The notes beneath the pieces were generated by a model. That model worked only from the letters and a program-made list of their open reading frames with translations, did no database searches and was not told the origin of the DNA. The position numbers and the translations under genes are program-made. DNA of 64,000 bases from Owenia fusiformis (lineage: Eukaryota), in the NCBI GenBank assembly GCA_903813345.2, contig CAIIXF020000001.1:26660001-26724000 (forward strand). Reading direction: 5' to 3'. Shown piece after piece: positions 14,527 through 28,221 of the stretch; positions within the stretch are counted from its first letter, which is position 1; the number at the start of each line of letters is the position of its first letter.

Positions 14527-17500
14527 CTATAGCCTAATAGATAGATAAGCAAACCTGTACTGGAGCGACACTGGGGATCTTACAAGTACAATACATTTAG
14601 TTTGTTTTGCTTCATCTTGGAGGAATTTACATAGTTCACTCAAGCCTACAATGCTGCAAAATCCCATACCAACTCCAGAGCCATTACTCAATGAATAACC
14701 TCCCTTGTTGACATAACCAATGCATTTGCGGCTGCAATGATTTATGACATTCTCAACCTTGGGCAAAATACCTACTGACTCCAGAGGATTTTTGTGATTG
14801 TCCCTGGGGTCTTTATGAGCTGTTTCTAAGGGGCCTCCATATTTAGAATCTGATTTCAATGACTGTAAGTCAGCAAGAGTAGGAATGCAGATGGCGCTAT
14901 TGTCACTTGGGGTGCCCCGGAGTACTATGTGTAAATTGACACACACTAAAGAAGTACTATTCTGTTTATACAGAGTGTCCAACACTGAAGTCCCCGATTT
15001 TCCTGATTTGAGGCTCGTTTCAACTTCCAAGCTGATAGCCTGTAACTGTTTCTTATGTCTGAGAACAGAAAATTCAAGTTTGGATTTATTTTCATTGTCC
15101 TTACCCATGTTGGCATCAATGACTTCTTTTGAATACCCAGAAACCAAATCATTCCATGGGGGTACAAATGGTGACGGAACCCCAAGTTTGAAATAGTTGG
15201 GCCTCTTGTTTTTTGGGTATCTCCCATACTGAATCTCATCCAGTTGTTTCTGTTCATGTTTCATAGTGAAACAAGAAAGAGTGTCAGGGTAATCATTTGG
15301 GAAGTGTAACGTATTGTGTTCAGCTGATGTAGCTTCCATTGCATCCATCCCCACCGCTCTTGCACCTCTGAACACAGTAGCCAACCAGAATGGCATGGCC
15401 CATCCAGCAGGCAGGATGATGTCCCAGCCACTGCCTATAGACTGCATACTATCACTATGGTGTGAGGAGGGGGCGTGTGATTGGGTGGCTCGGGTACCAG
15501 GATTGTTCACTAATAGCAGTGGTATTTTAGGCTCATCCTCTCCAAGATTAAGCTCAGAGCCTGGAAAACAGGGAATTTACATGTTATATCCATATGGCCA
15601 CCTCCATATGCAGGGTGTTTCATAATGACTACCCCCTCTCTAAATGCCTTAACTTGTACATTACACAACTCCATAATCTAAATATTATATTAAAGTTCAT
15701 TGACATTAACATAATTTGTGAACCTGTTTTTGCAGTTACTGTCAAACTAATTAGCTTTTTGAGCAATTTTCTATTTTCAATGGCTCGTGGATTGGTTCAT
15801 GGCTAATTCTGGGAAAAATTGATCCCAGATTGAAATTTTATTAAATATCAACATAAAATGTTGAGCTTAAATTTAGCATAGCTTACTATGTTTTTTAATC
15901 ATTGTCACTTGGTCACACTAAAGTACATCTTTATAATATAAAGTCTTCAAAAAGTTAATTCCATCAAAAGGAAAGACTTTTAAACATTAAAATGGATTAT
16001 GTGAATGTTTTGTGTTTAATAAGACCTTCTCACCTGGTACAAGATGTTCAGCACGTCTTCTATTAATCTCACTATCAGGCAATTTATTTGTAGCAACCTG
16101 TCTACGTACATCCTCATCCCACAGTGATGATACGGCACACTCAACGGGTACAGTGTCTATATAGCTTTTAGTACTAATCTCTACAATTGATAGTACAGGA
16201 CTGTATCATATATCTGACAGTTACAATACTACATACATGCACTGTGTAGTCGATAACAAAATTAGCTCATGAAACTTTTATTTCACTTATCATTTCTATT
16301 ACACTCATCTTATTAAGAGTTCATATCGCATAATAACCCTTATTATCGGATTCCAGCTGTTAGTAGTATTAATTTGAATAAATTAAAACTGAGTAGTACA
16401 GCTGAGTGGACATGCATATGCACCGATAACTAGGCCTATTTTTGCTTAGCTGCCAACGGATACACACCTTTGTAAGAGACTAGGCTAGTTGTACTTAGCT
16501 GTAAATAGCACATGGATTTTAGTTCAGATGATCTGCTTGATTTGTTGAATTTTTTCAACAGTCATTTGTTTGCAGTTTTTGGAACTTTTATTTACTAGAT
16601 GTCTAGTCTAACTACATTTGTTTGGACTTATGAACCATTACGGCCCTTAGTGCTCCTGAAATAATGTACTTGGACAGGTAGGGAAATGTTATGATTTTTC
16701 AAGATGGAATTTTGAATACTGAAGGTCTAAATGACCATGGTCTATAATGACCACAGTCCAGGTCTAAATGACCACATGTTAGGTAAGGTCTAAATGACCA
16801 CATTTTAGGTCTAAATGACCACAGTTTAGGTCTTAATGACCACAGTTTAGGTCTGAATGACCACATGTTATTTCTAAATGACCACATTTTAGGTCTAAAT
16901 GACCACAGTTTATGTCTGAATGCACACACCAAAGGTCCAAATGACCAAAGTTCAAGGCCTATAAACCAAAGTTTGACCAAGGTTCAAAATGAGCCGCCAT
17001 CAGAATAATAGTCATATTAGAGGTCATATTACAGTTTCAGCGAGCATATCCAATTGCATAGCCTCATAGTAGGTTCAAATTAATAGAATCATTTTGTTTT
17101 GATTCAAGTTCTAGTAATCTAGTGCTTATAGATTCATGTTCTGTTTATCAGCGGTTTATATGTTCAATATGTTTGACTCAGTTTTTGAGGAGAACAAGTC
17201 TGAATTGAAGATAACAGACAAGCATGTAAAATCTGTCCATAAATTTTGGTCAAAAACATTATCCTAGTAGTTATCAAAATATGAAGAAAAGGCTAGAGTA
17301 AGCTATCTAGATAAGTAAATGAACTTAAAATGTTCCTAGTCCCAAAGCAGGTAGAAATCTACAATCGCAAAATGGGAAAATGGCCTATATGCAATACTCG
17401 TAATGTGTGTCACATGGACTTTCTGAAATAAAGCTCCTTATCCATGGAAATCGGGTTAACATTGTACAATATTTTGATCAAAACAGCTATTGTTGCTGAA

Positions 17501-20500
17501 CAAGGATTTCCCATAACCAACTACTGTAGTTGAAACAAGCTTCATGCTTCAAATTTTCAATTTGACAAGAGTGAATTGGAGAATTTTCTGTCTTCATACC
17601 TAAAATCAAAAAAAGAATACCCCAAGCTGGGCAAAATAATTGTTTGGTGATGAGTCAACAAAAACTTTGAATTTTGTCAAAGACATGGAAATATAGTTTT
17701 CTAGATCAAAATCTTTTAATAGATTATAAATACAAGTATTTGACAGCCTTTTTGAATAGGCCAATGAAAGCAGAAACTGTCAGCTGGCAATAGCTATACA
17801 GCTAGAAGTCACGGCAAACAATGTCATTATAGACGACGTCGCTCCAGCACAACTTACGCTGTAGGAAAATCCTGTCCAATGACAGGTACATCAATTTTAT
17901 TCTAAAAATCACCAAAATGGATCTAAAAAAGATGAATGTTTTGACATAACATCAGATCTAGAAAAACAATCTGGAAGTTCACTAAAACAGAAACTTAGGT
18001 AAATTACATATATTTTTGAAGTTTCAAAGTCACCTACATAGAAATATGAAGTATGGTCAAGGTTACCAGAGATTCTGAGAAATGATAACAATTTAGCTTA
18101 AGTTTTTCTAAATGGAAAGCAGCTTTAATATTTCTCAAAACTGCGATTTTAAGCAATCTGATGTTTTGTCCATCTTTTAAAAACAGGAGATTAATTTAAC
18201 TCTTAAATATGCAACATAAAGCAAAGTCAAGCATAGATCAATTTCTGTGTCACATATTGTTACAGGAGAAAGAGGATTGTTCCCAGAGACTCGTTCTCAA
18301 TCTAAACTCTAAATTTTAAATCTAAACCTTAACCATTTAGCCTAGTTGGTATGAATATTTCAAAATGGAAGACATGGTACTCTAACATGAGATGGCCAAA
18401 CGATTACCGATGGTGAAAGTCCATGCTAAGGATGCTTATATGACCATAAGCATACATTCGAGGCACAGGAAATATCTCCGTTGAATGATATAACATCATT
18501 TGGGATCATTACTTTGGACCTTGCTTCCCTCAAACTCGTGAAAATACCATAAGCGCTATTGTGGAATATTTAATTTGGTTTTGAATCTTTTATTGATTCT
18601 CTGATGTCATTAACCTCTCGCCTATCTGCTTCTCATGAACATGATTTCAAGTTAGTGAAATATTTGTTTCAAACTGAAGTTTCTGATAAATGGGGAAAAG
18701 CCTATTGTTGAATTTTTTTCCATCATAAAATGGAGCTTTGTAGTTTTGTGATCAATACAATTGAGATGAACTTGAAGGCCTTAATAGAAATGATAGTTTC
18801 TATCAAAATTCTCGCAAAGACTTTGTAGAGATAGAATCAACCCTAGTCAGTAATCCAGGTAATCTTACTCAAGCTATTGAGACACTTTTGAATTGTACTT
18901 TAGTCTGTAATCTGTATATTGAACCTCTACATTTATTGACACTTGCAAAGGTCAAAGCAGTCATACATGTATGCATTGATTGCCAAAATAACTCACAAAA
19001 AATGAATATAAAATTTGATAGTGATTGGTCCAAGAAGTCGAAATTCAGAATACTAAACATGTAATAGTGTTATCCGAATCAATAATTACAATAACAACAA
19101 AAAGCAGCCTGTTTGGCTAAAGTTCAAGTCTAACGGGTCAGTAGCTTAGGGGAAATAGATTAAACAAAAAAAAAAAAAAAAAAAATTGTTTCATATGAAT
19201 GAAAGCCATGGATATGGTAGTGAAAGTATTCACAAAAACTTAGACAATGTTATATAAAATTAACAACAAAACCACGATGACATTATGTGAACAAAATGTG
19301 GGGAACGAAATGGCTAGAAATGTTATAAGCAATGCAAGATCGTTCAGATACCTTTGCCAGAGATATCATTATTACCGTATAATATCTTCCAAGGAATCCA
19401 GAATTGAATGTCAGATCAAACCTAGAGAAATCTCTCGATGCATCAAACTAGAAATAAGATTGCGAGATTTTTCCAAATTGAAAGTTTTAAGGTCCAAATA
19501 AATAGATTTTGTCGACCAGTAGAAAATTAATATTTCAGGTGGAAACTAAACCCAGAAACTCTGGAAGTTGACATATTTATTCAGAATAAACAGTCAAATA
19601 ACTTTCCTCCAATTTCTTAAATCAGCCGATTACTGGTTAAAGTTAGACAGAAAAAATACACAGATAGCTCTCATAGACCCAATGTGGCAAATGGCTCTGC
19701 GGTATCTTTAATTGTTGGAAATGTTGGTCTGTATGCCCATCTTATTGCCAAACCATATGAAATTACTCATATCTAATCTTACAGCCTTAATAAAAAAAGC
19801 TAGATAACACTAACAGTGTCCAAATTATCATCCTCAAGTTTGAAACTAGAGGTTTCTGCGACAAACTGGCAATGTATGCTCATTAAATCAAGTAAAGAAA
19901 GTACTTAAATTACTTCCAAGAACCCCTGGAAAACATGGGTATGCTGCAAGTTCTAATAAACATGACATTATTATTTAGCCTCTGATACAAATTTAGCCAA
20001 TTTCCTAACTGAAATGTCAAATCAGGTAATGTGCTATTCGTTTCTCGATATTTAAAGTCTGCAAAATCAGCATATAATGGAACCATAGATAGTCATAGGT
20101 AAGTCAATACCATGTTCTTGTTGATTTTATGGAAACTTTTACAATGGAAACCCACTAAATAAAATAAATGAAACTTGGGATGTGAATAAGGTTGTACTGT
20201 ATCTCACATTGAACATTCGGGTCAGATTAGAAATCTCAACTGAAAGTACACAATTAGTCATGTAATGTCTATTTCAAGCATGTATCCCAGGGTCTCTGAA
20301 ATAATATGCCATTGGATGGTTGTCAAAGACAGAATGTCAACACATAAAATTGGGGTTCCAAGTTGTTGTTTTTTCTTGAGAATCCATTTATAATGATGTT
20401 GTACTAGCATTTAGAAAATACCAGAAACATCTGAAACAAACTACTAGTAGTAGAAGGGAATCATAAGAAGGAAGTTTAAATTATCCTTGTCAAATGTCAT

Positions 20501-23500
20501 GCGATGCCATGCGTGTACATATCCAGTAAAACATCTCATGTACATACACATTAGCAGTTTCTATAACAATACAGAAAGGTTTTAATTTTATAGAATAATA
20601 ATAATAGATAGATATTTATAAATACATTTAAGTACATTTGAAAGACATATTTACCAGGTATGCAGTAACAGTACCATAAACTTGAACATTGGACATACCT
20701 ACAAACCAAGTCATGGGAAATGCAAATTAACTGAATGTTCAATTTTACAAACTGATAAAGGAAATTAAAGGATTTAGATCAGTTGTTCTGAGGTTATTTT
20801 ACTTTAAACATGCGATATGAACTCTTAATAAGATGAGTGTAATAGAAATTTTACAATTTCTTAAGAATCTCGCTAATGAAATTATAATTTTATTAACGAG
20901 ATCTTATTAAGAGTTCATATATTCCCTCCTCGCCCACCCAGTCGTTAATTGTCACTAAAACACAGTTTTGTGTTATTTCAGAACATAACCACAGACAACT
21001 AAGTTACATGTATGAAGGATAGAATTAACATTCAACAATCTTCATCAAGTCAAATATGATGTATCTGCATTTTTACACTCTCAAAGTTGTAATGAAAATT
21101 TTTAAAGTTTAAATCTCACAAACAGTGATAGATTTATATCCTATACTACACAAGGACTTTATTCTAACTTTGCATCCCACATAGATTTGGGGATAAATTG
21201 GACATCTCACAAGCAGTGGATGTAGTTGTTTTCTTTGTCAAAGAATTCACTGAAGTTTACTCATAGTAAGGTGAGTTTTCAATGGCTTCAGATTATTAAG
21301 TTGGCATCTAAGCAATAGACCTAGTTATCGGTGCATATGCATGTCCACTCAGCTGTACTACTCAGTTTTAATTTATTCAAATTAATACTACTAACAGCTG
21401 GAATCCGATAATAAGGGTTATTATGCGATATGAACTCTTAATAAGATCTCGTTAATAAAATTATAATTTCATTAGCGAGATTCTTAAGAAATTGTAAAAA
21501 TATCAATGAGTAAAAAGATACAGCAAAAACTTCATTTTCTTGCATCTTCAAACAGAAATCTAGATAGGATATCAGGTTATTAATCTTATATTGAATATGG
21601 ATCATATAAACAAGATTAGAACCTGCCATACCTTGAGCATCACCCATCACCTTCGTTCGTCTCTGAGGCAATGTTAACCTAGGATCTCTGGCTACTAGTC
21701 CAAGAACACAGTTAGGGGGTAGCTCCCCTGCTGTGTTGACACTTTGGCACTTCTCCCATACACCAGGCTCACTCTGTACATGAGGCTCCATGTTTATATC
21801 AGAGTCTCCTAAAACTGGCTCTTTATTTACAACAGGTTTGTTTAGATTATCTTCCTTGTTGGTAACATTTTTCTCAAGCGATGCTCCTTTCAATAAATCC
21901 TTAACAACAGAGTGAGCCAGAAAACCTGTCAATCTGAGCCTAGTAAACTTATCTTTTAAACTGGTGACTGTAACACCATTTTTATTAGTCCATTTCTGAT
22001 TTTCATGAACTTTGATGATCCCAGGTGAAACCATTTGATTTGCAGATGTTTCATTCACATCAGAGTTTTTAGAAGATCCTTCCTCTTGGTCAAGGCTATC
22101 TGCAGATATATCAAATATGGCCCAAAGTTCTAATAACAGCTGGTTATACATAGCTGGGTGACATGTGATCCAAAGTTGTCTTAACTGAGTAACACCATTG
22201 CATTCATTATCAGGTTTACAAGTGGGTTTCCATAGAAATGTGACAGGTCCAATAGCACTATACGGATAGCAGTTCGGTTTGTATAACACCAAGTGTCCTT
22301 GTCTCTGACCATACAGTGTGGCTCTAGCAGCAAATGTTAAACCTGAAAAAGTAACAAGATGATGACAATATTGCACTTTTAAAGGTGGAATAAAGAGTAT
22401 AGTAATTTATGTGGTACATAACAAAATGTCCCAATCACAAAGTATTTAAAAGTGAAACCTGATCTTAATGTTAGCAACTTTATATGTTGTCATGGTAACC
22501 AATATTACCCATCATACTCAGATTATTGTCTATAACAGTATCAATTATCTGAACATAACTTTTGAGCAGTCATTTAACATGGAATAAATAATAAAATAAT
22601 AATAAAAGTGATTAGGCAAGTGTATTCGGCATTCTAAATTGAATAATTATCATTAAAGTTTGAGGTAGAAAATGTAGTTCTAGTTAAATTATCATAGACT
22701 ATAGTCATCAGACTTCCAAACTATGACTTTTTTCACTGGCATTATGTGGCATATTTACCTGTTTCTGGAGATGAAAGCTGTTGTACCCCTGCTAGAATAT
22801 CTTCCTCTTTTCCCTTGACCTCTATACATGTGTAGTAAGATAGATCCTGAACCATTGCATGTTTCACGCTGGCTCTATATGCAGCCCTGGTCCCTTTATC
22901 AGTGGGCCTTAGAGGGATTTTGTATCCCCATTTCTCAGTCATGTGGAATCTCTTAGCATGCCATATATGCGTCTCCAGCCATCCATGACTGCGCTGTCTC
23001 CTATTATACTCCTGAAGGAGATTATGGGGACGTCTACGGTGTCTCCTTGAAGGACGTTTCGTAGTTTTTACCGGGCCCATCTAAGTACAGAAGATTTCAA
23101 ATTTGTGTGATCATGAGGCAAAAGATGGCATTCTATGTACTGTAGTTAGACTCAATTTGGCTCCCGTTTTAATTTGACAGATTGGTGGATTCAGAAAATC
23201 CACCAAATTAAAAATCCGTCAAATTTCAGTTTGGAATTTTTGTCCAATGCACTTCAGAAATTAAATTTTTGAGACCCCTTTTCCAGTCAACATGTCATCA
23301 ATTCTACATTATTATTCCAAAAGAAATGCAGAAAATATCTTAGCAAATACCTGTCCTAATGACATTAACAAAAATTAAACTTCAGGCCTGAATCCGCCAA
23401 ATTAAATAGCCACCAATATTTGAAACTGAGCAAATCTGTCAAATTAAGTAGGATCAAAATAAGTACATCTACAGTACATGTAGCATACTCTCAATATTAC

Positions 23501-24221
23501 ACAAAACATGAATTTTTTACTTCAAAACCATCAGTTTCTTGAAAACCAAAGAACTTGGAAAATGTCAATGACAGGTCAAATCTATTTAAAATACCTGAGA
23601 TTGAGCAATGTTCCTCAATCTCCTTGGAATACGCTTAATATTGTGACTCATAGCCCGACGTCTCATGTGTCGTGGTAGCTGCTGAATAATGCGTCGCTTG
23701 CCCAGGTTAGTGTCCATAACAACCTTTGTCATTGCTTCTATTTCTTGGCCCCTGGCCTCTGCATACTCCAGGATATTTATTGCTGTAAAATAATTATTCA
23801 GATTTTCTTAAAGATCTATCATATAGCAAAATCATAGTAATTTCCCAAGCATTTGAGGGACCAGAATCTGAGAAATCATGAAAGATATTTCGACCAGTTT
23901 TGAAGTGGAGTACAGTAAATGTGACTTCAGACTTAATGAGACTTCAAACTACAATTAATATACTGTGCATGTGATTAGCCAACTATACATTACCCAGTAC
24001 ATGTGACCTCACCTGAGACTACATGATAACTGTAGTGTACATATCCAATATTGATTACTATACATGTATAGTTATGTATGTGATTTGAATGAGTCAATGA
24101 TATATTTACAGTACATGTTACTTGAGACTGCTTTACCTCTTGGAGCAAATGTTTCAGGAGAATCCTCTCTTTTCCTTTTTCCACCTTTGGACACATTATC
24201 ATCATCATTCAAGCCATCCAT
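14527..24221 (-). CDS. POP1: Ribonucleases P/MRP protein subunit POP1 (about 828 aa, six coding exons)
   Basis: Exons in transcript order: 24221-24137, 23782-23595 (QQLPRHMRRRAMSHNIKRIPRRLR), 23080-22759 (WLETHIWHAKRFHM), 22342-21632, 16180-16034, 15560-14527 (GWDIILPAGWAMPFW, YPKNKRPNY, GYVNKGGYSL..G.G.GF). Total 2487 nt, frame-consistent, canonical splice sites. The start ATG at 24221 is less certain than the internal exons. Confidence 0.93.
16292..21499 (+). mobile_element. DIRS1-like tyrosine-recombinase retrotransposon with decayed ORFs, in a POP1 intron
   Basis: ITRs at 16307-16457 and 21300-21447. ICR at 20810-20920, complementary to the left end and to the right-end extension. RT remnants YEYFKMED (about 18350) and KDAYMTISIHSRHRKYLR (18428-18481). 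Confidence 0.85.
16703..17001. repeat. 21-bp tandem array inside a small GATGG...CCATC-bounded insertion
   Basis: Repeated AGGTCTAAATGACCACA(G/T)TTT units. The flanks GATGGAATTTTGA and TCAAAATGAGCCGCCATC are imperfect inverted ends. Confidence 0.7.
23138..23476. mobile_element. MITE with TACTGTAG...CTACAGTA ends (TA-flanked, Tc1/mariner-like)
   Basis: Imperfect terminal inverted repeats (TIRs) and internal inverted TTTGRCAGATT / AATC(T)GTCAAATT motifs. Confidence 0.5.
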
Positions 24222-24905
24222 CCTGTAGAACCGCAGTTGTGGGTAGATATTGGCTACTAGCTTACTCTCTTCAGGATCACAATTGTAAGGTTAATTCTAA
24301 ATGTCAACAAGATCAAGTAGATTCAAGTCATCAAGTTATGAGTGATTCTTGTTTGAAAAATAACATGTGACTCAATTGAAGCATGCAGAAAATTTCTCAT
24401 CATGCACCCTGACCTTAAAGAAGGTATATCAATCAAATTGAAAATATTTAATAAATCAAGAAACAAAATAACTTTTACAAGGTAATTTTCAATATTAATT
24501 AGCCCATCCACTTTTACTATTGCCATCTATTTTTCCATCTGCATATCAAAAATGAAATCCTCTAGTCCCTCTACTGAACACCCCTGTAATTTGAGATTGT
24601 AGATTTGTGTGACCTAGAGAACTTAGAAAATGAATGTATGAATGAACTGCGAGGTGAATGGCCCATATTATAGGATATCGATGACAACAATAAAATATGT
24701 TGTTATTGTCTGACTTAATAACCACAGAAATTCGTCAAGAGTAAAACAGAAGGAGGATTGGCTCCCAGAGTGCAACATCCATATTCTGTCCCATATATAA
24801 TAATAGGATTTTATTAGTACTGATGCCCTTTTAGGGCCAAACGTACATCCGACATACAATTTACAATAACAGTAAATGTAGCAATAAAGTAAAGAAAATA
24901 GGATT

Positions 24906-26507
24906 CAGGCCCGTAAGACACTTTTCTCCAAGGGGGGTGCGGTTTTTAGCTTACTAAAGAGAATATAAAATTGTCAATTTTTTGCCGCGTAAATCAAATC
25001 GCGTAAGTCAGATGGGGGGGGGGGGGGGGGGGCTCAGTTACTCTCTATATTGGTTTGGAATTAACAAATGCAACTTCCAAACGTTCCAATTGTTTTGTGG
25101 GGGTCGTGACGAGTGGTCCACTCCCCCTAGAAAATTTTACAGTTTTGAGCTATTTGGTGCTTTCTGGGCACTTTCAAAGTGTAAGTTTCCAAGTAGTACG
25201 CCACAACCACGGGAATAAGAGTTGAGTGAATAAAAACCGAGCATTCAGGAGGGTCTGGGGTCCTTCCCCAGGAAAATTTTGAAATTTGGTTGTATTTGGA
25301 GCGAATTTGCAACCATCTGGTACGCCTGTGCGTTATGAGTCAATAAGAAAAATGTGAATTTTTTTTCAAATTCTTTTGGGGGTGTCAATGAGGATGAGAG
25401 GGTGAAGTGGGGTGGGGGCCAGTAGGGGAGCAAGGAATATTTTCTTTTGTTTTGTGGGGGATCTGAGGTGTGGCTAACTCTCCTAGAAAATTTTACAATT
25501 TAAAGATGATATTTGGTGCTTCTGGACACTTTTAAAGTGTATTAGTCAATAAAAACATTGAAAAACAAGCACATCAAATTTTGGGGTTGTCAATGGGGGG
25601 GGGGGGGGGGGGTGCCAGAGGGGGAGGTGGGGCTGGGGTGCCAGAGGGGAGCAAGTGTTTGTCCACCATATCAACATTTACAATATCAAGGTGCTATTCG
25701 ATGAAGTTTTGGGCACTTTAAAAGTGTCTGTGCCTAAAAGTGCCTATTTCCCAAGAAAATTTTACAATTTTAAGGTGCTATTTGGTGCTTTCTGGGCACT
25801 TTCAAAGGGGGTGTTAGGGGGGACTGCCAGAGGGGGAGGTGGAGTGGGGATGCCAGAGGGCGAGTAAGTGTTAGTCTTCCAGAATCATTAACTTTATCAA
25901 GGAGCTATTTGATGATGTCTGGGCAATTTAAAAGTGTCAATACATAAAACAAATTCAGAACTTTTCCATTGTTTTGTTTGGGGTGTGAGGGGTGGCCCAC
26001 TCCCCTAGAAGATTTTACAATTTTACGACGCTATTTGGTGCTTTCTGGGCACTTTCAAAGTGTATGAGTCAATTAAAGAATTTGAGAAAATCACAATTTT
26101 TTGGGGGGAGGGGGTCAAGGGGGGGGGGGTGCCAGAGGGGGGGGGGGTTATGCAAGTGCAAGATGCAAGAGGGGGAGCAAGTCCCCCAGAAACACTTACT
26201 ATATCAAGGAGCTATTTGATGATGTCTGGGCACTTTGAAAGTGTCTGAGACAAAACACTAAAATAAATTTAGAACTTTTCCATTGTTTTGTGGGGGGTGT
26301 GAGGGGTGGCCAATGCCCCTAGAAAATTTTACAATTTTAAGATGCTATTTGGTGCTTTCTGGGTACTTTCAAAGTGTACGAGTCAATGAAAAAAAATTAC
26401 AAAAAAAAAAATTTTTCAAAAAAAATTATTTTTTTCAAAAAAATTTTTTCAAATTTATTTTGGGGGGTGCGGTCGCACCCATCGCACCCCCCCATCTGAC
26501 GGCCCTG
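24906..26507. mobile_element. Non-autonomous hAT-like element with internal G-run tandem repeats and a 5-bp TSD
   Basis: Ends CAGGCCCGT...ACGGCCCTG flanked on both sides by GGATT. Internal repeats AAAATTTTACAATTTTAAGGTGCTATTTGGTGCTTTCTGGGCACTTTCAAAG and poly-G tracts. Confidence 0.7.
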
Positions 26508-26989
26508 GGATTACATTCTATGGGCATGTCGTGATATATATATGGGCATGTCGTGATACAAAAGTTGAATTCAAACAGCCGCAATTTTGTTCACTTCAAC
26601 ATTTGAATCGTGGATTTTGCTCTTATAATGGGCTTTCAACAGAAAGCCAATGGTCTTATTTCCTAACAAAAAATTCCAAAACTTAGAAGAAATGATCGAG
26701 ATACATGTATTGGCTCAAATCTTTTGAACTGTTTATTTTGAATTTATAGTCGGTTATAATTTCAGAAAATAACAATAGGAATATATATTTCCACATATTA
26801 GATCTAGAGTCAATACGTCCAAATCCAAACAGGGGGGTAAACACGAACGGGTTCCAAATAGTGGCAAGCAGATCATTGAATTGAATAATAGTACCTCTAC
26901 TACCTCTACATAATATTTATAGCCTGAAAGATACAATATAATGATGTATACCAACAATCTTACAATAAAATAATCAATTATGATGATTT

Positions 26990-27265
26990 AGGTGTTCGGA
27001 ATTACCCCCATGCTAGTGTTTGGAATTACCCCCACAAACTCTGTGCGTTTAAATAAATAGATGTCAGTAATAAATGATTTAAATTTGGGTTTCTTGATGA
27101 GCAGGGGTGACAGGATCAAGTATCATAAGTTAAGGGTATCATATAATGATATACCATCAATCTAATAATTAAAACAATTAAGTTTAAGTTAAGTGTTTGG
27201 AATTACCCCCATGCAAGTGTTCGGATTTACCCCCCAAAAAAACTCCTGTTCGGAATTACCCCCCT
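26990..27265. repeat. Clustered TGTTCGGAATTACCCCC motifs, probably subterminal repeats of a decayed DNA element
   Basis: Five copies of the motif, in one group of two and one of three. Confidence 0.5.
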
Positions 27266-27794
27266 AAAATACCTTGTAGTAAAAATGGAATAACCCAGAT
27301 ATTTTTTACAATTTTTCGTAATTTTTTCTGCAAATGCATTCTACAGTGGATAATACACATAATATGTATAGAATCATAGCATAGATGTGCAGTACAGCCA
27401 AACTAACTACATTTTTTGATGGGGGTGTTTGGAAATAGACGTACTGACTCTAGTGGACAATGATCTTTTCTTTTGATTTCTCACTTTTTAGGTTTTACCA
27501 TCCATGGTTTTACACAGGCACTTGTATCAACACCTGACATCGATTGGTGGCCCAACCTGGAAGAATAATACCCAGAATAGACTATATAGACCTAAAGAAT
27601 AGAAGCTCATTCTATTTCAGGTTTGGCAATATATGCCAGGTGTTGATCCTGTGTCAGGTGTGGTTTCACTGACGAAGCGAAGTGGGGTGTAATTTCTTTT
27701 CATACAAAAACTAAAATAACCTAACGTAGCTTCTATATACAGCTTACTATTACTTTTCCCTTGGCCTATGAATGAGACAATATCTTATACTCAC

Positions 27795-27876
27795 AATAAA
27801 CTAGTTTGAATGACACTGGCTACAAGTTAGGGTACAAGTTTAGTCAAAAGTGTTTGCACATTTTTCTACCGGAAGT
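27795..27876 (-). promoter_or_regulatory. Possible non-coding first exon / promoter of POP1
   Basis: The POP1 ATG exon starts right after an acceptor, implying an upstream UTR exon. A minus-strand gtgagt donor lies at 27789-27794 and an ETS-type ACCGGAAGT motif at 27868-27876. Inference only. Confidence 0.3.
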
Positions 27877-28221
27877 TGTGTTACTCTTTAAACGAACGTG
27901 CTAGATTTATTGCATCATGCTTATATGTTTGAATCTACTGAGCTCTAAACTGGTTTAAGTCGATTAAATTAGACATTTTCATTTCATTTTCAAGATTAGA
28001 GTCTTAGTTGAGATAGTTACAGAACTGGCAAACAAAATTATCAAAAATTATAAAATGTCAAATTAGAAACGCATCAACGTTCGTATGTACAGTGGTATAA
28101 CTCCACTTTAAAACTGGTATTACTCCACCATTGAATTGACGATTCAGGGTTCGCGCATTATACCGAAACCCATTATACCAAGACGCATTATACCGACACC
28201 AATTATACAGACGCGCATTGT

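Noticed and set aside
14885-15625. Overlapping 103-aa ORFs within the last POP1 exon
   Set aside because: They are alternate-frame or antisense shadows of the POP1 coding sequence.
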